From: an uncultured Planctomycetales bacterium | GTDB taxonomy: Bacteria > Omnitrophota > Gorgyraeia > Zapsychrales > Fredricksoniimonadaceae | Assembly (NCBI GenBank): GCA_964583975.1 | Contig: CAZOXU010000005.1 | Span: 2,034 to 66,033, forward strand | Direction: 5' to 3' | Length of the DNA stretch: 64,000 nucleotides | Shown: positions 40,101 to 49,845 of the stretch, piece after piece | Layout of the letters: each line of letters starts with the position of its first letter | Position numbering within the stretch: the stretch's first letter is position 1 | Made by a program: the position numbers and the translations under genes | Notes under the pieces: generated by a model | What the model was told of the DNA's origin: nothing | Seen by the model: the letters and a program-made list of their open reading frames with translations, nothing else | Database searches by the model: none

Positions 40101-42170
40101 CATTGTTCTTATACTTTGTAATCGAACATAATTATTCTGTTCAATACCTGGAATTCTTTTATCATTTGTATCATCACGATAGGCATGTTCTTCAAGCAAT
40201 GGCCACAAGATTTTATTCGGAATTAAATTCTTTCGAATAGATAAAATGATTAAAACCGCCTGTCTAGCCCTAGAACATCTTGCTGTTCTTGTTGCTAAAA
40301 CTTCCAACAAAAGATCTTTCTCATAATACCTTTGAGATATATCTTGTGCCTTTTTAATAACATCTTGGACTAAAAAGCTTACTGGAAACTCCTCTACAAA
40401 TTTTCTAGCTCCTTCAGATAAATAATCATCTTCGTTTAACTGGGAAGTCATGGCGGAATCTTGTGATAGTTCTTGAGCAATTTGGAGAATTCGAGGTAAA
40501 TTTCGTTCTAATTTAAGTTGAATTTCTAAGACTTTCTCGGCCATTTCTTGAGTAAAACCACCATCAATTATAAATTTAGCCGCATCCCAAAGATTCACTA
40601 ATCCAGCATTATTATCTTCTAATTTAGGTCTATTTGGCATTCGTTGAATAATTTTATGCGCCCAATCTAATAAATTTCTTAATTTAGAATAATTACTAAA
40701 CTGATCTAAAACATTTCTTAATGTTTCTGCACCTTGATCTATATTAACTTTTTTATCTGTAATTTCTGAAATCTGAAGAAAAGCCAATTCAAAGCTTACA
40801 ATTGGTTCAATAATTAAATGATTAATCCCTGTAGAATTTAAATTAGCTTTTGATTGTAAATAGCCAAACAAGCCCTTGTGATAGACGTCTTTTATTTCTT
40901 CTATTAATTTCACACCCTCTTTCTGTAAATTATCTCTCTTTGCTTTAGAAATCATTGCTACATCTGTTGCAAAATTATTTACTAATTTCACCTGCAAAGA
41001 CATCATCGCCCCATCTGCTTTAATATCAGCCTGTCTTCCATTTCTTTCTACAGGAATCTTCATCAACGTCAGTCCACCAGAGAAATACTTCCGTGGTCCT
41101 GCTGATGCTGCACCAGATCCAACGTCAGTTGGATCTGGGTCCTTAATGTAATTAAACACACCCTTTTTATAGGCTTGCAGATAGCGCTCGTATATCTGTT
41201 GTTTTATCGCAGGGTCGTTAAGATTAACACCTGCCACCTTGTTCTTATTGGTATACACTGCATCTAAAAGACCATTTTGAATGGTTTCCTTGTACCATTT
41301 AGCTAAGATCAATGCATCGTAGATTTGACGAAGTGGGGCAAAGTTCTTTCCCTGATTGACTTCTTTGGTGATTTCGGGAATGACAATCTCACGGATGATT
41401 TGGCTTCCGATTTGATTGGATTCGCGTACGGGCGGGGTTTCCTCGCCCTTATTAGGGCTGGGTGACCCAGCCCGTACATTATTCTTTGACATCGCCAAAT
41501 AATCCTCATCCAACATGACCTTCAAGGTTGATTTGGTCACGTAGGCCGCTGGTGGAACATTTCCGCCAGAGGCGGATCGACCTGCGGCCGACTCATACAC
41601 CTGCGCTTGATCTGGTAGAATCCATACCTTGTTAAAAGTATTGACTGGAACATCCGTGGTGCCAAATTGCTCTTGGGCTTTTTTGTAGACTCTACTCCAA
41701 AACTCCTTGCCTAAATCCTTCTCTGGGTAAATCAGCGAGGCAGTCAATTGCTTAAGGATATAGTCTTGGGCTAATAGATCACGACCTAGCTCGGTTTCAC
41801 CTAAAGACTGGGTAGTCATGCGGTCTTTTTCATAAGGTGAAAGATTGACCCATAAATCACCTTCTGGGATGGTTAGGCCAGCTAAGAAGTACTTCACTAA
41901 TCTTTCTGCCTCTTCTTGATTAGGGCTGCTAGCTGCCCCTACCGAGCCAGTGTCTACGATAAATTGAAATTCCAGAGGTTTCTGGGGATTAACAATAATA
42001 CCTTTTAAAGCTAGGGGTGTAAAAGCTGCTGATGGCCCTACCATGACTCCTGGCTCGGGCAGCTGTAGTAGGGGCACGGCATGCCGTGCTCCTACATCCG
42101 CATAGGAATACTGTAAGTTGCTGCAAATAAATGACATGCAGACTATAGAAGAAATCAAACGTTTGAACAT
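37107..42170 (-). CDS. Giant secreted modular protein (1687 aa): signal peptide, conserved N-terminal module, 3 x ~200-aa HEAT-like tandem repeats, further helical modules, conserved C-terminal ~75-aa module
   Basis: The signal peptide is MFKRLISSIVCMSFICSNLQYSYA. The N-terminal 365 aa and the last 75 aa are clearly homologous to the partial ORF at 60607..64000. Three internal repeats share ATTxRxYxxARxAxLxIxxLRxxLxxxxxWxxLxxHAYxxxxNxxxIxGxExNxxVRxQSxRTMAxLDLxRxIPYL. Confidence 0.85.
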   Translation of the reverse strand: MFKRLISSIVCMSFICSNLQYSYADVGARHAVPLLQLPEPGVMVGPSAAFTPLALKGIIVNPQKPLEFQFIVDTGSVGAASSPNQEEAERLVKYFLAGLTIPEGDLWVNLSPYEKDRMTTQSLGETELGRDLLAQDYILKQLTASLIYPEKDLGKEFWSRVYKKAQEQFGTTDVPVNTFNKVWILPDQAQVYESAAGRSASGGNVPPAAYVTKSTLKVMLDEDYLAMSKNNVRAGSPSPNKGEETPPVRESNQIGSQIIREIVIPEITKEVNQGKNFAPLRQIYDALILAKWYKETIQNGLLDAVYTNKNKVAGVNLNDPAIKQQIYERYLQAYKKGVFNYIKDPDPTDVGSGAASAGPRKYFSGGLTLMKIPVERNGRQADIKADGAMMSLQVKLVNNFATDVAMISKAKRDNLQKEGVKLIEEIKDVYHKGLFGYLQSKANLNSTGINHLIIEPIVSFELAFLQISEITDKKVNIDQGAETLRNVLDQFSNYSKLRNLLDWAHKIIQRMPNRPKLEDNNAGLVNLWDAAKFIIDGGFTQEMAEKVLEIQLKLERNLPRILQIAQELSQDSAMTSQLNEDDYLSEGARKFVEEFPVSFLVQDVIKKAQDISQRYYEKDLLLEVLATRTARCSRARQAVLIILSIRKNLIPNKILWPLLEEHAYRDDTNDKRIPGIEQNNYVRLQSIRTMAELDLKRSIPYLIHSLNPRNERIVDVRARILRIISGKLNWIIRLDSEGELLKQLRLSYKYDQWIDKDRVLELVNRWANISATMPDVSDHAMTSQPDSKPVLSLEAQAFADEFLSHWKGEQIYSKAREIVQGTLELKVLLEVLATTDRKYAPAREAVLFIFTLRKDLIKKDDLWPYLVQHAYENQYNSMRIKGIERNNFVRVQSLRTMAALDLRRAIPYLVESFYWKSELSVEVRNVVIDIAIQYIAEIRELDRQGRFRSAFGSALVDDFKIDKDRIRRFIGLWDGKSGAGIDKGVAKDIIKEGALSSEAKELAQEFPDEYANNNIRDKARALVNRDLNVQALLEILSTTGRDYSKARQGALLILSLRQDLLDKGEFWKLLEQHAYMDERNNHGFNGVEQNDHVRMLSLKTMSVVELERSVPYLIASMNPQNERINRVREQARLIIQEYVLRLKPLDRDGAIRQALMSCKWDRWIDQSKVDETIRIWDSEPTVPADQAMNSKSDSTSPTVFNGYELAQKIQEQDNKYKEIPLTQLGDALNLAHRYIREQKNFSIEEIDSDIKASKFDRNLLIIALDWFLRFGNDDEKSRAISLIYGIYLETKKDERSALLRSMYQKASRAIDSSVEGEPSKIVPWDTKSLRIKKLGQIPSLNDALGAFYDYAKDFLPLENNPQNIYRFGNALRLAREWVDSKDQIISVKDIESKLEVYDTNETYLVKALLRFLDSKINDEVLKAIEIIYLIYGYRRSNNDIYTAINIAYIKAQKVFNKLNSAMGDDRAMSSNDVSDFEVAKSLLPSKATAREIAQMADTIMFARDLIGNSKSLTIDDLNERRVAHNIREEMLVKALVWFLQSFNSNEVIKAKELIDIMFLSKSTPEMDLVEAHNRASGALEWLRRKQMYEDALRGIRYGEESQLYEGNDQAMLNRSNKSQDLGGIDLNQININRTGKTIKVDFDPAQLDELLQGEFQGFSPVIIDIAPILSPFPLLGISKEAQALAKI
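38600..40450 (-). repeat. Three divergent tandem coding repeats (~600 nt / ~200 aa each) inside the giant gene
   Basis: Protein-level alignment of three consecutive segments beginning ...FVEEFPVSFLVQDVIKKAQ, ...FADEFLSHWKGEQIYSKAR and ...LAQEFPDEYANNNIRDKAR; each continues with LLEVLATxxRxYxxAR...HAY...NER...W(I/D)xKDR. DNA-level identity is low, so the duplication is old. Coordinates are approximate. Confidence 0.6.
41424..41478. repeat. GC-rich nested palindromic mini-element embedded in-frame in the giant ORF
   Basis: gtacgggcggggtttcctcgcccttattagggctgggtgacccagcccgtac. The outer arms gtacgggc/gcccgtac are perfect. The inner hairpin gggctgggtgacccagccc is nearly identical to an intergenic copy at 59262-59284. 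It encodes the low-complexity linker AGSPSPNKGEETPPVRE. Confidence 0.55.
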
Positions 42171-42181
42171 TTAGAAAAGTA

Positions 42182-42205
42182 TGCCATATATTTATATATA
42201 TGGCA
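42182..42205. promoter_or_regulatory. Perfect 9-bp inverted repeat in the ppa / giant-gene intergenic region (ppa terminator and/or operator in the giant-gene leader)
   Basis: tgccatata (42182-42190) and tatatggca (42197-42205) flank a 6-nt tttata spacer, 12-35 nt upstream of the giant gene's ATG at 42170. It is followed by a T-run when read on the minus strand. Confidence 0.45.
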
Positions 42206-42239
42206 AATGGACTTCACTTAAGATTTACACTGGCAGGAT

Positions 42240-42920
42240 CTACTCTTCGAGAATGGTTTCCATCATGGCTTCGAGTTTGCCGAAACGCTCTTTGTAATCA
42301 ATACGTGAACGACGGATGACTTCAATCGCCTCTTCACGCCCATAAACATGCGTAATTTCACAGGCACGCTCTTCAGATCCAGGAAGATCTTTGTAGGTTA
42401 AAAAGTAGTGCTTGAGCCTATCAATAAATGCGCGAGGACAATCTTCAATATTATTCCAAGCACTATAAAGACCGTCACCTTGCATCACCGCAATGATTTT
42501 ATCGTCAGCCTGGCCTCCATCGATCATGCGAAACCCTCCGATGGGAATTGCTCGAATAATAATATCGCCATGGCTAATGACCTTCTCGGTTAGGATACAA
42601 ATGTCTAATGGATCATCATCCCCAATTATACCTTCTCGATTGGTACGTTCCGAACAAAGTTCTGCTACTTTTTGAGAACAGTAGGTTTGAGGAATAAACC
42701 CATAAAGCGTTGGACAAATGCTAGAATATTTCTGTGGCCTATCGACCTTCAAAAAACCACTTTTTTTATCAATTTCATACTTAACTGTATCAGAAGGAAC
42801 GGTCTCAACGTAGGTATTGACGATTTGAGGAGCATCTTCCCCAATAGGCACACCATGCCAGGGATGGGAACGCAACAAAAGCGCCATGGATTGCCAGATA
42901 TCTTTTAAATCATCAGTCAT
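42240..42920 (-). CDS. ppa: Inorganic pyrophosphatase (family I, soluble)
   Basis: 226 aa with HPWHGVPIG, YVETVPSDTVKYEIDKKSG and DDDPLDICIL, the family I PPase signature regions. Confidence 0.9.
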   Translation of the reverse strand: MTDDLKDIWQSMALLLRSHPWHGVPIGEDAPQIVNTYVETVPSDTVKYEIDKKSGFLKVDRPQKYSSICPTLYGFIPQTYCSQKVAELCSERTNREGIIGDDDPLDICILTEKVISHGDIIIRAIPIGGFRMIDGGQADDKIIAVMQGDGLYSAWNNIEDCPRAFIDRLKHYFLTYKDLPGSEERACEITHVYGREEAIEVIRRSRIDYKERFGKLEAMMETILEE

Positions 42921-43041
42921 AATAAAGTCCTTACAAATAAAAGGGTTACACGTTTAAAGACGCTTTAGTATAGCCAAGTTCAAAAGAATTTCAAGAGTAT
43001 ATTATTCTTGCCTTTAACGGCCCATAGTTTATACTATCTAT

Positions 43042-44877
43042 ATGATTAAAAACACATCCATTCATACATTTCACGTTCCAGTCATGGGAACAGCCTTCAC
43101 CATTGATAGCCCTGTTAAGGTGGCTAAATATGGGATCCATTCTGTCATATCCCTGGTGGACGATCATTTAATTGAAGAAATGCGTAAGTTTTATTGCACC
43201 AAATACGTCCAAGACTATACACCCATTACTAAATACGATGAAGATTACCGAGCCAGACGTATTACAGCCTATCTTGATCTCCTTGACTGGATTGTCCAGA
43301 AAGAATTTAATGCTGTCAAAAACTCCCAGTTTGTGCCAGGAAGCGAAATCACCAAATATTTCGAACTACTTCCTGATGATTCTGTACTAAAAGCAGCCTA
43401 TCACCACATGCTCGAATGCCAAGATGAAAAAGTCAAAGAAGGCCTCCAAAAGAACCTGCGCGAAGCGATGAAACCTGGCGATATTAACGTAAACATTATG
43501 ACCAAGTTAGATCGTGATAATTATGACTCTAAGGGCAATCTCTTGGCTCCTGAATTTTCTGATGGGCTCTCAGCCTTACGTGGTTATGCCCAAAGCCGCT
43601 TAAAATCCTGTATCATCTTCTCAGCTGGTTTTAACCGTCGTCTTTATGGTTATATTGAAAACTTCAAAGATTTCTATGCAGATGCCACGGGTGAGATCAA
43701 AAAGAAAATCATTTTAAAGGTCAGCGATTTTCGCTCCACCCTGATTCAAGGCAAATTCTTGGCCAAAAAAGGCCTGTGGGTTTCTGAGTATCGCATTGAA
43801 TCTGGTCTTAATTGTGGCGGACACGCCTTTGCAACCGATGGTTATCTCATGGGCCCTATCATGGAAGAATTTAAAACCAAACGCCAAACGCTTATTGATG
43901 ATCTGCACAAAATTTGTAATGAAGCCTTGAAAATTAAAAACCGTTTAACAACCATCCAGCCTCATAGCGTTAGAATCACCGCTCAAGGTGGTATTGGTAA
44001 TTACAAAGAAGATTCATTTCTTCGTAAACATTACAATCTTGATGGTACAGGTTGGGGCACTCCTTTCTTGCTGTGCCCAGAAGTCACCAACGTTGATCCG
44101 GTGACCATGGAAAAACTATCAAAAGCAACCGAGAAAGATGTATATTTGAGCCCCGTTTCTCCTCTTGGCGTGCCTTTTAATAATTTGCGTGATTCTTTAA
44201 GTGATCTCGAGCGTGATATGCGCGTCATGCGCGGCCGTCCAGGCAGTGCTTGCCCTAAAAGCTATTTAGTTTCAAATACCGAATTTACTCAGCAACCTAT
44301 TTGTACAGCCAGCCGTCAATATCAAAAATTGAAATTAGAACAGTTAGCTTCTTTAAATCTCGAGCAACAAGAATACAAAAAACAATTTGAGAAGATTATT
44401 GTGAAATCTTGCATTTGTAATGATCTTGGTGAATCTGTATTAATGAATAATAAGGTCCCTACTCCTATCAATCGCTTTCCGGCTGTTTGCCCAGGGCCAA
44501 ATATTGCCTACTTTTCTAAAATTGTATCGCTCAAAGAAATGGCTGACCATATCTATGGACGTATTAATATCCTAAATAACACCTATAGACCGCATATGTT
44601 CATCAAAGAATTACGTATGTATGTGGATTATCTGCGTAGTGACGTCGTCAAATCACTTGACTCATTAAGCGATCAGAAAACTAAATATTTCGGAGAGTTT
44701 AGAAATAATCTGCTAGAGGGAATTGAATACTACCGCAAACTATTTCCACAAATGACTGATGAGAGCGTAGAATTTCGTAGTAAGATGATTAATGAACTCG
44801 AAGAGTGCAGAACAAATCTTTTAAATCTTTGCCAAGAACACGCCACAGCCTTCTCACCTGCTCTAGCGCAAGTCTAA
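43042..44877 (+). CDS. Unassigned 611-aa protein; central region resembles an FMN-type TIM barrel (nitronate monooxygenase / FabK / IMPDH-like) with extra N- and C-terminal domains
   Basis: ESGLNCGGHAFATDGY parallels the QGxEAGGH catalytic His motif of NMO/FabK, and ITAQGGIGNYKED parallels the (A/S)GGI FMN phosphate-binding motif. The remaining ~300 aa are unassigned. A TATACT box lies 6 nt before the ATG and there is no SD. Confidence 0.55.
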   Translation: MIKNTSIHTFHVPVMGTAFTIDSPVKVAKYGIHSVISLVDDHLIEEMRKFYCTKYVQDYTPITKYDEDYRARRITAYLDLLDWIVQKEFNAVKNSQFVPGSEITKYFELLPDDSVLKAAYHHMLECQDEKVKEGLQKNLREAMKPGDINVNIMTKLDRDNYDSKGNLLAPEFSDGLSALRGYAQSRLKSCIIFSAGFNRRLYGYIENFKDFYADATGEIKKKIILKVSDFRSTLIQGKFLAKKGLWVSEYRIESGLNCGGHAFATDGYLMGPIMEEFKTKRQTLIDDLHKICNEALKIKNRLTTIQPHSVRITAQGGIGNYKEDSFLRKHYNLDGTGWGTPFLLCPEVTNVDPVTMEKLSKATEKDVYLSPVSPLGVPFNNLRDSLSDLERDMRVMRGRPGSACPKSYLVSNTEFTQQPICTASRQYQKLKLEQLASLNLEQQEYKKQFEKIIVKSCICNDLGESVLMNNKVPTPINRFPAVCPGPNIAYFSKIVSLKEMADHIYGRINILNNTYRPHMFIKELRMYVDYLRSDVVKSLDSLSDQKTKYFGEFRNNLLEGIEYYRKLFPQMTDESVEFRSKMINELEECRTNLLNLCQEHATAFSPALAQV

Positions 44878-44883
44878 AACTGA

Positions 44884-46368
44884 TTAACCTAAAAATCCTC
44901 TGGCTGAACCTGCACGTGTAATAAGGTCAGTTAAATGAACGCCAAAATTCTTCTTTTGAACATTCTCGATAAGTTCACTCGAAACCTCTAGATGCTCCTT
45001 ATTGGTCTCAAATTCATATCTTTTAACCACAGATTGCAGTTGTTTTCTTAAGCTTGCAGGGACCAAACTTAACACTTCAGGGTTCCATAGGCTTAAAGTA
45101 TCTTGAAGATTGTCTTCAAATTGAGCATAGGTGCGTTGAATAAATTGAAAATCCTCATCACTCAGAGCGTTTAAACCAATAATATCGGGTGGAAGACCTA
45201 AACTGTATAAAACGGCGCAAAATGAAATAACGCGCGGCAGGGTCACTCCCTTTTTCAATTCACGAGAATATCCAAACAATCCTGTATGTAATTTTCTCAT
45301 ACGGCGAGCTGGGACAAATTTAGAGACCTCGTTGATTAGCGGAGCCAAGATTTGAATTTGGCGTTGGTATTCTTTAGACACCTTCTCAATAATCTTAAGT
45401 GCACGCTTTTCATCTTCAATACGAACTGGCGGCTGGGCTGAAGTCTGATTGATCATGGCAATTGCCTTTTGGACTTCTTGAACAGAAAAATCATACTTAA
45501 AGGCCGATTGAATCGTAAAAGTCGCCACACTAGGATATTTATTTAAAACATTTTGAACCGTTCGCGGGTTTAAATGTCCACGAAAAGGAGCGCTACCTGC
45601 CCCTAAAATAGGATAAATAGCTACCCCGGTTTCTTCTTGTAGATCATAAAGCCTTTGCAAAGCAATTTGCAAAGCCAAAATAACAGCCACGGAAGAATGG
45701 TTCATGGCTGGATCGGAACGAGCCAAGAAAACGCGCTGATGCTTGGCCTTGTTTTGTTTTAAGAATACTCTGAGCGTTTGATCAGCTGATAACATCGAAG
45801 AGACATCTTCAAACAACGGAATTACATTGATAGTCTTAGGATTAAAATCTCCGATCCACTGCCCTACCGTCAATCGCTTGTGATCCATAAAATTATGGTT
45901 TTCTTTACCAATGACAACGTTCTTATAGTAATAGTAAATCTTTTCAATGATCTTGGCATCAGCCATAGGAACAATGACTTCAAAAATTGGAGGATTTTTA
46001 CCATCGCCATAAAAAGCACGAGCCGTATCATAAGAACGAGGAATACTTTCTAAAGTCTCTAAAAGGATCTTAGCTTCAGCTTTTTCATAATCTGGATTAG
46101 GAACACGAATGGTAATAAACACATCCTTGCCCATGCGTTTCTCTTGGAAGAAGTTCTTATGTTCGGTGATTAATTTACGAATAACAAAATCGTCAGCCTC
46201 TTTGCCTTCAGAATCCCACATAATTTCTTCAACGCCAAGGTTGGAGAATGCATAAAAAGCCTCCTTGATTTCATCATCACCACGTAACACAGAATGATTA
46301 GCAAAAAATGGAATGGTGACGTTATCAGGATGCTGTGTGGACATGGTTCGAGGTATTTTGATATTCAT
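44884..46368 (-). CDS. Archaeal-type phosphoenolpyruvate carboxylase (PepcA family)
   Basis: 494 aa. The N-terminus MNIKIPRTMSTQHPDN carries the PRxMSTQHPDN hallmark of the short archaeal-type PEPC family, and the length is about 500 aa rather than 900 aa. Confidence 0.8.
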   Translation of the reverse strand: MNIKIPRTMSTQHPDNVTIPFFANHSVLRGDDEIKEAFYAFSNLGVEEIMWDSEGKEADDFVIRKLITEHKNFFQEKRMGKDVFITIRVPNPDYEKAEAKILLETLESIPRSYDTARAFYGDGKNPPIFEVIVPMADAKIIEKIYYYYKNVVIGKENHNFMDHKRLTVGQWIGDFNPKTINVIPLFEDVSSMLSADQTLRVFLKQNKAKHQRVFLARSDPAMNHSSVAVILALQIALQRLYDLQEETGVAIYPILGAGSAPFRGHLNPRTVQNVLNKYPSVATFTIQSAFKYDFSVQEVQKAIAMINQTSAQPPVRIEDEKRALKIIEKVSKEYQRQIQILAPLINEVSKFVPARRMRKLHTGLFGYSRELKKGVTLPRVISFCAVLYSLGLPPDIIGLNALSDEDFQFIQRTYAQFEDNLQDTLSLWNPEVLSLVPASLRKQLQSVVKRYEFETNKEHLEVSSELIENVQKKNFGVHLTDLITRAGSARGFLG

Positions 46369-46391
46369 TATTTGCTTTCCTAAGTTATGGA

Positions 46392-48176
<1,785 letters not shown>

Positions 48177-48515
48177 TTAACTAAACGAGGTGCCGCAACC
48201 GCAGCTTGATTTAGCATTGGGGTTTTTATATTTAAAACCACTCTCTTTTAAAGTGTCTACGTAATCGACTTCAATACCTTTTAAAAACTCTAAGCTTTCT
48301 TGATTCACAATCACGGTCAAACCCTTATGTTGATAGACAATATCATTATCGTAAGGGTTTTTCTGAAATTTCATCTCATAGGATAAACCAGCACATCCGC
48401 CTGTGGTAACCCCCAGGCGTAAAGCATAGCCATCCTTGCCTTCTTTTTTCATCATAGAAAGGATTTTTTCGACGGCTGAATCAGTTAATGTGGCAACAGG
48501 TGTTGTTGTACTCAT
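48177..48515 (-). CDS. Iron-sulfur cluster insertion protein (IscA/ErpA/HesB family)
   Basis: 112 aa with GGCAGLSYEM and the C-terminal SCGCGTSF, which supplies the three conserved Cys. Confidence 0.85.
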   Translation of the reverse strand: MSTTTPVATLTDSAVEKILSMMKKEGKDGYALRLGVTTGGCAGLSYEMKFQKNPYDNDIVYQHKGLTVIVNQESLEFLKGIEVDYVDTLKESGFKYKNPNAKSSCGCGTSFS

Positions 48516-48576
48516 ATTAAAATCATATCATACTAAACTTTTTTTAGCAATGCTCGTTCCCGGCGGAGTAAGAACC

Positions 48577-49845
48577 CTACAAACCCGCAATATTTCTTAG
48601 CTTTTTCTGCTTGGCCTCATCCAAAGGACCGATCAGACTCACATTTAAACGACGCTCGGAAAGCACTTCTTGAGCTACTCTTCTTATATCTCCCAAGCTA
48701 ACGGCCTTAATCTTCTTAACAACAGCGGCTAATGTTCTGGTCTTATCGCGACTAATCAATCCTGCTCCTAACCAAATCATATGATCCAAAGTATCTTCCA
48801 GGCCTAGGAGGAATTGGCCTATAAAATATTCTTTGGCACGGCCCAACTCATCGGCCGTCACACCATCCTTTGTGATCTTACGCAATACCTTTAGAATTAA
48901 TTCAAGCGCATCGACAATCTTCTCGTTATCAACCCCTGCGCGAATTAAAAACATGCCCGTATCATCCAGTGTCTTTAAGGAGCTGCCAATTGAATAGGCC
49001 AGACCTCTGTCTTCACGCACTTCATTAAAAAGCCGGCTCGACATATTACCGCCTAAAATGATACTCAATAGCGCCAGCACATAGTAATCCTTATGATTGG
49101 TTTCATAAGCCAAGTAACCTAAGGCCAAATGCATCTGTTCAGTATTTTTCTGATAGAACTTAACCGATGGTTTATCCTGATGACTGCGGGCAGGAACATA
49201 TTGATCCTGGCTTTCACCCTTAAGCTTTCCTAGCTTTTTATCAACAACTTTAACAACAGCCTCATGATCGATATCTCCACACACCGAGACAACGATATTA
49301 TCGGGCACATAAAACCGACGTTGAAAATCTCTCAAATCAACATCACTTAAAGCCGAGACCGTTCGGCTATCGCCTGCCAAACCTTGCCCCAAAGGATGCT
49401 CTGGCCACAATAATTCCTGCAAAAGCTCCATGACATAATATTGTGGCAGATCATGGTACATCTTGATTTCTTCTAAGATAACCGAACGTTCTTTTTCTAA
49501 ATCAGTCTTATTGATAATCGGAAAAAGGCTGATATCCGCTAAAATATCAAAGGTGCGATTTAAATGTTTGCCTGGGACCTTGGCGTAATAACAAGTCTCT
49601 TCTTCACCCGTAAAGGCATTCAGATTTCCCCCAACCCCTTCAATGAGCTGCTTGATCGCCTGGCAAGAATAATTGCGACTGCCTTTAAAAGCCATGTGCT
49701 CCATAAAATGAGCAACTCCCTTATTTTGAGAGTTCTCATATCGACCACCCACTCCAAACCAAACACCTACCGCTGTGCTGTCACGGTCTTTTAGATGTTG
49801 AGTGATGATGCGAAGCTTATTATTGAGAGTTGTTAACTTTTGCAT
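48577..49845 (-). CDS. M16-family zinc metallopeptidase (pitrilysin-like)
   Basis: 422 aa with the inverted zinc motif HFMEHMAFKGS (HxxEH) followed by the downstream Glu region. Confidence 0.8.
   Translation of the reverse strand: MQKLTTLNNKLRIITQHLKDRDSTAVGVWFGVGGRYENSQNKGVAHFMEHMAFKGSRNYSCQAIKQLIEGVGGNLNAFTGEEETCYYAKVPGKHLNRTFDILADISLFPIINKTDLEKERSVILEEIKMYHDLPQYYVMELLQELLWPEHPLGQGLAGDSRTVSALSDVDLRDFQRRFYVPDNIVVSVCGDIDHEAVVKVVDKKLGKLKGESQDQYVPARSHQDKPSVKFYQKNTEQMHLALGYLAYETNHKDYYVLALLSIILGGNMSSRLFNEVREDRGLAYSIGSSLKTLDDTGMFLIRAGVDNEKIVDALELILKVLRKITKDGVTADELGRAKEYFIGQFLLGLEDTLDHMIWLGAGLISRDKTRTLAAVVKKIKAVSLGDIRRVAQEVLSERRLNVSLIGPLDEAKQKKLRNIAGL

Noticed and set aside
41309-41509. 66-aa minus-strand ORF (MRIIWRC...) overlapping the GC-rich palindrome
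   Set aside because: It is an alternate frame of the giant gene, created by the GC-rich, stop-poor insert. The giant ORF frame is the one conserved in the paralogue.
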